Source: Malacoraja senta (Eukaryota). Taken from it: a DNA stretch of 25,824 bases. The translations under genes were made by a program, and so were the position numbers. This document shows positions 20,198 through 25,824 of this stretch, piece after piece. Positions within the stretch are counted from its first letter, which is position 1, and every line of letters begins with the position of its first letter. Below the pieces are notes generated by a model. The model searched no databases and was not told the DNA's origin. It saw only the letters and a list, made by a program, of their open reading frames with translations. The stretch spans positions 434,001 through 459,824 of the forward strand of contig JAXLNO010000252.1 in the NCBI GenBank assembly GCA_038087875.1, given 5' to 3'.

Positions 20198-20500
20198 GGC
20201 GGTCACGGTGGTGCAGCGGTAGAGTTGCTGCCTTACAGGGCTTGCAGCGCCGGAGACCCGGGTCTGGTCCCGATTACGGGTGCTGTCTGTACGGAGTTTA
20301 TACGTTCTCCCCGTGGGTTTTCTCCGAGATCTTCGGTTTCCTCCCACACGCCAAAGACGTGCAGGTTTGTAGATTAATTGCCTTGGTATAATTGTAAATT
20401 GTCCTCAGTGTGTGTGGGATAGTTTGAGTGTGCGTGAATCGCTGGTCGGCAAGGACTCGGTGGGCCGAAGGGCCTGTTTCCACGCTGTATCTCTAAAACT
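20198..20500 (+). mobile_element. tRNA-derived V-SINE (HE1-like), near full length
   Basis: tRNA-like head ggtggtgcagcggtagag, central cggtttcctcccacac...aaagacgtgcagg core, and CR1-like tail gggccgaagggcctgtttcc. Confidence 0.85.
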
Positions 20501-20611
20501 AATACTAAATAAACTGTATGCATATGTTAAACCTTTTCAATGTGCATTGGTACATGTGACAATAAACTAAACTAATCTATGTGTGCCTTTACATACATCT
20601 ATACATATACT

Positions 20612-21290
20612 GTGTCCCTACTGAAAGTAAACATGCAGGTACAGCAGGCAGTGAAGAAAGCCAATGGCATGTTGCCTTTCATAACAAGAGGAGTTGAGTG
20701 TAGGAGCAAAGAGGTCCTTCTGCAGTTGTACAGGGCCCTAGTGAGACCACACCTGGAGTATTGTGTGCAGTTTTGGTCTCCAAATCTGAGGAAGGACATT
20801 CTTGCTATTGAGGGAGTGCAGCGTAGGTTCACCAGGTTAATTCCCAGGATGGTGGTACTGTCATATGTTGATAGAATGGAGCGGCTGGGCTTGTATACTC
20901 TGGAATTTAGAAGGATGAGAGGGGATCTTATTGAAACGTATAAGATTATTAAGCGTTCGGACGCGCTAGAGGCAGGAAACATGTTCCCGATGTTGGGGGA
21001 GTCCAGAACCAGGGGCCACACAGTTTAAGAATAAGGAGTAAGCCATTTAGAACGGAGACGAGGAAACACTTTTTCTCACAGAGAGTTGTGAGTCTGTGGA
21101 ATTCTCTGCCTCAGATGGCGGTGGAGGCAGGTTCTCTGGATACTTTCAAGAGAGAGTTAGATAGGGCTCTTAAAGATAGCGGAGTCAGGGGATATAGGGA
21201 GAAGGCAGGAACGGGGTACTGATTGGGGATGATCAGCCATGATCACATTGAATGGCTCGAAGGGCCGAATGGCCTACTCCTATTGTCTAT
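20612..21290 (+). mobile_element. CR1 LINE 3' fragment
   Basis: LKVNMQVQQAVKKANG...TRGH plus 3'UTR. Confidence 0.92.
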
Positions 21291-21489
21291 ATGAACTCCT
21301 CCAGGACAATCAACCCACGCGCCCCTTACCCCGCATGGCGAATGTCCTACAAAGGAAAAGGGGGGGGGGGGGAAGCTAAGGCACTACACAGTCTCCGGGG
21401 TTCGGGCAATTGGCCGCCTGCGGACTAAGCTTTCGCCCCTGACCCTGTGTATCGAATGCTCCGTAGAGGGAACAAGAGGGCGGCGATGC

Positions 21490-21990
21490 GTTACACAGGA
21501 TGTGGGTTCACCCTCCCGATCGCCAACGCGCCCCGGACCCTGTATATTACATAGGTCCACCAGTATGGGAAAGGCGAGACATGAGGTACACAGGGTGCGG
21601 GGTTCACCCTCCCGGGCGCCGACGCGCCCCGGACACTGTATATCGCATAGCTCCACTCGCATGGGGAAGGGGAGACATGAGGTACACGGGGTGCGGGGTT
21701 CACCCTGCCCAGTCGCCGTCACGCCCCTGACCATGTGTATTGCATAGCTCCAACCGCATGGGGAAGGGGAGACATGAGATACACAAGGTGCTGGGTGCCC
21801 AAGCGCCGACGCGCCCCGGACGGTGCATATTCCGTAGCTCCACACGTACGGGAAAGGGGAGACATGAGGTACACAGAGTGCAGGGTTCACCCTCCCCGGG
21901 CGCCGACACGTCCCGGAGCGTGTATATGGCATAGCTCCGCCCGCATGGGGAAGGGGAGACATGAGGTACACAGGCTGCGGGGTTCCCTCG
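21490..21990. repeat. ~96-bp CpG-rich minisatellite, about 5 copies, in intron 1
   Basis: The anchor GAGACATGAG recurs at 21576, 21672, 21769, 21859 and 21956 (spacing 96, 97, 90, 97). Confidence 0.9.
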
Positions 21991-22239
21991 GCTCCACCCC
22001 GCCCCCAGCGCGGCTACACAAAGCGCCAGAGCAATGGCCGCCGTTCGCTCGCAGTCGACTCGGGGCCCAAGGTGTGGGGGGGGGGGGAAGGAAACGGGAC
22101 CAAAGGGCGGCGGTGGGGAGGATGGAGGGGAGGGGAGGGGGGAGATCCGGACGGGGACGAGTGGCGGGGACGGGACGGTGCGAGAAGCGATGGGGGGGGT
22201 TCGGGGGGAGAAGATTCGTCTCCACCGCCGCTCGCTCAC

Positions 22240-22260
22240 CTCAGCATCCAGGGACGCCAT
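22240..22260 (-). CDS. EHMT2: EHMT2/G9a coding exon 1 (MASLDAE)
   Basis: Minus strand reads GACAGCC-ATG-G (strong Kozak context), then ATG GCG TCC CTG GAT GCT GAG|gtgagc, a phase-0 donor. It sits in a CpG island. It resembles the short MAAADAE first exon of the paralogue EHMT1 (from memory) and is phase-compatible with the exon at 13195-13279. Confidence 0.85.
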
Positions 22261-22690
22261 GGCTGTCGGCCCGTGACATCAGCGCGTAACGTGGGGCGGG
22301 GCCTGAGCCACGCGGGGCGTGGTCTCGCCAACGTGGGGCGGGGCCTGGGCGAAATGGGACGTCCCATGTCCAACGTGGGGGCGTGGTCTCGTCAACGTGG
22401 GGCGGGGCCTGGGCGACGTGGGACGTCGCTTGGCCAACGTGTGACGTACCCTGGCCAACCAGGGGGCGTGGTCTCGCCAACGTGGGGCGGGGCCTGGCAT
22501 ACGTGTGACGTAGAATGTCCAACGTGGGACGTGCATTTGCCAACGTGGGGGCGTGGTCGCGCCAGCGTGGGGCGGGGCCTGGACGACGTGTGACGTCGCA
22601 TGGCCAACGTGGCCAGCGTGGGGCGGTGCCTGGGCTATGTGGGCGTGGCTTGCCCTACATGGGGGCGGGACCACATCTCTTAAAGGGGCA
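22261..22690 (-). promoter_or_regulatory. EHMT2 5'UTR/promoter: CpG-rich tandem array of GC boxes, GT boxes and CRE-like sites
   Basis: Five GTGGGGCGGGGCCT copies (22291, 22333, 22397, 22482, 22567), several GGGGCGTGG and TGACGT motifs, directly upstream of the ATG. No TATA box seen. Confidence 0.8.
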
Positions 22691-22747
22691 GCGTCCCCAT
22701 TGATCATGTTTCAGAAAGAACTGCAGATGCTGGAAGTTGGACACTAA

Positions 22748-23260
22748 TATTCCTGGTCAATTCGTCCCTTCCCACCCAAACCACCCCCTCCCCGGGTACA
22801 TTCCCCTCCAACCGCAGGAAATGCTCCACTTGTCGCTTTACCTCCCCCCTTGACTCCATCGAAGGACCCAAGCAGTCTTTCCAGGTGAGGCAGAGGTTCA
22901 CCTGCACTTCCTCCAACCTCATCTATTGCATCCGCTGTTCCAGGTGTCAACTTCTTTACATCGGTGAGACGAAGCGTAGGCTTGGCGATCGCTTCACCCA
23001 ACACCTCCGCTCAGTCTGCAATTCAACTCCCCCTCCCATTCCCAATCTGACCTCTCTGTCCTGGGCCTCCTCCATGGCCAGAGTGAGGACCAGCTCAAAT
23101 TGGAGGAGCAGCACCTCATATTTCGCTTGTGTAGCTTACACCCCAGCGGTATGAACATTGACCACCAATTTCAGGTAGTCCTTGCTTTCTCCCTCCCCTT
23201 CTCACCTCTCCCATAAGGCCCACTGTCTCCGCCTCTTCTTTTCTTTTTCCCGTCCCCTCC
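22748..23260 (+). mobile_element. Penelope-like element fragment with GIY-YIG endonuclease remnant
   Basis: Translates RQRFTCTSSNLIYCIRCSRCQLLYIGETKRRLGDRF, a GIY-YIG motif with a Cys-containing linker. Confidence 0.88.
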
Positions 23261-23261
23261 C

Positions 23262-23520
23262 CTTTAAGAATAAGGGGTAAGCCATTTAGAACGGAGACGA
23301 GGAAATAATTTTTCACCCAGAGAGTTGTGAGTCTGTGGAATTCTCTGCCTCAGAGGCCGGTTCTCTGGATGCTTTCAAGAGAGAGCTAGATAGCGGAGTG
23401 AGGGAATATGGGGAGAAGGCAGGAACGGGGTACTGATTGTGGATGATCAGCCATGATCGCAGTGAATCGCGGTGCTGGCTCGAAGGGTCGAATGGCCTAC
23501 TCCTGCACCTATTGTCTATT
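23262..23520 (+). mobile_element. CR1 LINE 3' end
   Basis: Same family as 4720-5115. Confidence 0.85.
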
Positions 23521-23582
23521 GAAAGATATTGAAGGCCAGCACAAATCAGGGGCCGGCAACAGACTGGGGGTTTGAGGGAGCG

Positions 23583-23692
23583 CACCTGCCTGCCGGCGCT
23601 ATATAAATGCAGGTGTTACTTGTTTGCAGAGTGACTGCCCGCGGCCGCCAGTGAGAGCTGCCGACACGGTGGATACGGCCTGACGGGTGAGT
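23583..23692 (+). promoter_or_regulatory. Candidate divergent TATA promoter with short non-coding first exon
   Basis: TATATAAA at 23600-23607 flanked by E-boxes CACCTG (23583) and CAGGTG (23610). GC-rich ATG-free stretch from ~23630 ends at a consensus donor CGG|GTGAGT (23687). Confidence 0.45.
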
Positions 23693-23949
23693 ACCACGCA
23701 TTCATGCGCAGACGGCTCCGATCTCGCCTCCCCCACCCCTCCCCCCGCGGGCCAGTCAGTAGCCGGGCCGAACGGCCTCCCCTGGCCCAAACAAACGGCG
23801 CGGGGGGATTCTGCAGATGAACACGTCAGGGGAAATTGGGGATTAACTGGATGACTTCTCCAAAGGGCTTGCATGGGCCGACGGGCTGAACGGTCACTTG
23901 GCTGTAATTCTATCCCTTCTGGGTATCGATCCAGCAGTTCCCAGATACA

Positions 23950-24880
23950 GTCATAGAGCGATACAGTGTGGAAACAGACCCTTCGTCCCAACTTGCCCAC
24001 ACCGGCCAACATGTCCCATTTACACTAGTCACAGAGTGATACAGTGTGGAAACAGGCCCTTTGGCTCAACTTGCCCACACCGGCCAACAATGTCCCAGCT
24101 ACACTAATCCCACCTGCCTGCGCTTGGTCCATATCCCTCCAAACCTGTCTTATCCATGTACCTGTCTAACTGTTTCTTAAACAATGGGATAGTCCCAGCC
24201 TCAACTACCTCCTCTGGCAGCTTGTTCCATACACCCACCATGTGAAAACATTACCCCTCAGTTTCCTATTAAATCTTTTCCCCTTCACCTTGAACCTATG
24301 TCTTCTGGTCCTCGATTCCCCTACTCTGGGCAAGAGACTCTGTGCATCTACCCGATCTATTCCTCTCATGATTTTGTACACCTCTATAAGATCTCCCCTC
24401 ATCCTCCTGCGCTCCATGGAATAGAGACCCAGCCTACTCAACCTCTCCCTGTAGCTCACACCCTCTAGTCCTGGCAACATCCTCGTAAATCTTCTCTGAA
24501 CCCTTTCAAGCTTGACGATATCTTTCCTATAACACGGTGCCCAGAACTGAACACAATATTCTAAATGCGGTCTCCCCTATGTCTTGTACAACTGCAACAT
24601 GACCTCCCGACGTCTATACTCAATACTCTGACTGATGAAGGCCCAAAGTGCCAAAAGCCTTGTTGACCACCTTGTCTACCTTTGACTCGACCTTCATGGA
24701 ACCATGTACCTGCACTCCTAGATCCCTCTGCTCTACAACACTACCCAGAGGCGTACCTTTCACTGTGTGGGTCCTGCCCTTGTTCGACGTCACAAAATGC
24801 AACACCTCACACTTCTCTGTATTAAATTCCATCAACCATTCCTCCGCCCACCTGGCCAATCGATCCAGATCCTACTGCAA
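23950..24880 (-). mobile_element. CR1 LINE 3' fragment (second family) with tandemly duplicated 3'UTR segment
   Basis: WAEEWLMEFNTEKCEVLHF...RDLGVQVH...RGDLIEVYK. The segment gatacagtgtggaaacag...cccacaccggccaaca occurs twice in 23950-24105. Confidence 0.9.
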
Positions 24881-24883
24881 TTG

Positions 24884-25410
24884 ACAATAGACAATAGAAA
24901 CATAGACACAGGTGCTGGAGGAGGCCATTCGGCCCTTCGACCCAGCACCGCCATTCAATGTGATCATGGCTGATCATCCCCAATCAGTACCCCTTCTCCC
25001 CATATCCCCTGACTCCGCTATTTTTAAGAGCCCTATCTAGCTCTCTCTTGAAAGTATCCAGAGAACCTGCCTCCACCGCCCTCTGAGGCAGAGAATTCCA
25101 CAGACTCACCACTCTCTGTGAGAAAAAGTGTTTCCTCGTCTCCAGTGTGTCCAAGCCCTTGACAATCTTATATGTTTCAATGAGATTGCCTCTCATCCTT
25201 CTAAACTCCAGAGTGCACAAGCCCAGCCGCTCCATTCTCTCAGCATATGACAGTCCCGCCATCCGGGAATTAGCCTGGTGAACCTACGCTGGGCTCCCTC
25301 AATAGCACGAATGTCCTTCCTAAAATTAGGGGACCAAAACTGCACACAATACTCCAGGTGTGGTCTCACTAGGGCTCTGTACAACTGCAGAAGGACATCT
25401 TTGCTCCTAT
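24884..25410 (-). mobile_element. CR1 LINE 3' fragment
   Basis: YRSKDVLLQLYRALVRPHLEY... plus 3'UTR, with an internal deletion. Confidence 0.9.
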
Positions 25411-25824
25411 ACACTCAGTCTGGAGACTGCTGAAAATGTAGGAAATGATCAGATTGACACATAGTGATTAGAATTCATAGGTTTTTATTAGCAACTGCGG
25501 AGGAAACACTAGATGCTTTCCTCTCCAAGCATACAGATAGTCTAATTGGAGAGAGAGAGCTTGTACCTGAACCGTATAATTTTATATGTTTCAATAAGAA
25601 CCCCCCCCTCATCCTTCTAAACTCCAGTGAATACAAGCCAGGGGTTGTGGGGAGAAGGCAGGAAAATGGGCTTGGGTGTGAGAGGTAGATCAGGAGAGAT
25701 AGGTAGCTCACACCCTCTAGTCCTGGCAACATCCTCGGCAGGCGATAGCCCTCAGCCGTGGTTTACAGCGCTGGTTTAAAAAATAAACTGGAGAAAAAAG
25801 TGCTGGAGGAACTCGGTGGCTCAG

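Larger units (their letters stand above)
21300..22700. promoter_or_regulatory. CpG island
   Basis: Visibly high GC and CpG density spanning exon 1, compared with the CpG-poorer flanking LINEs. Boundaries approximate. Confidence 0.75.

Noticed and set aside
20198..20280. tRNA-like sequence
   Set aside because: It is the head of a SINE, continuous with the V-core and LINE-like tail, and the B box is degenerate.
21384..22707. Several 100-210 aa ORFs across the CpG island
   Set aside because: Arise from GC-rich tandem repeats. Only the first 7 codons of the 21700-22260 ORF are supported as coding.

Overview
Repeat-dense vertebrate genomic DNA. The mix of CR1 LINEs, tRNA-derived V-SINEs, Penelope fragments and Harbinger MITEs suggests a cartilaginous fish such as a skate or ray (inferred, not proven). 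Scattered among the repeats on the minus strand is the 5' part of the H3K9 methyltransferase gene EHMT2 (G9a): a CpG/GC-box promoter, a 21-nt first coding exon (MASLDAE) and eight further phase-compatible exons. The main finding concerns G9a's histone-mimic automethylation motif, which is single in mammals (PKVHRARKT). Here it occurs five times as H(R/K)ARKS: once in the ancestral exon and once at the 3' end of each of four extra phase 0-0 exons that appear to be duplicates of that exon's 3' half. A downstream EHMT2 exon (KKKWKSESPWVKPSRK) lies out of order and inverted inside an intron. Intron 1 carries a 5'-truncated CR1 LINE with an uninterrupted EN+RT ORF2. A candidate divergent TATA promoter with a non-coding exon lies at about 23.6 kb.
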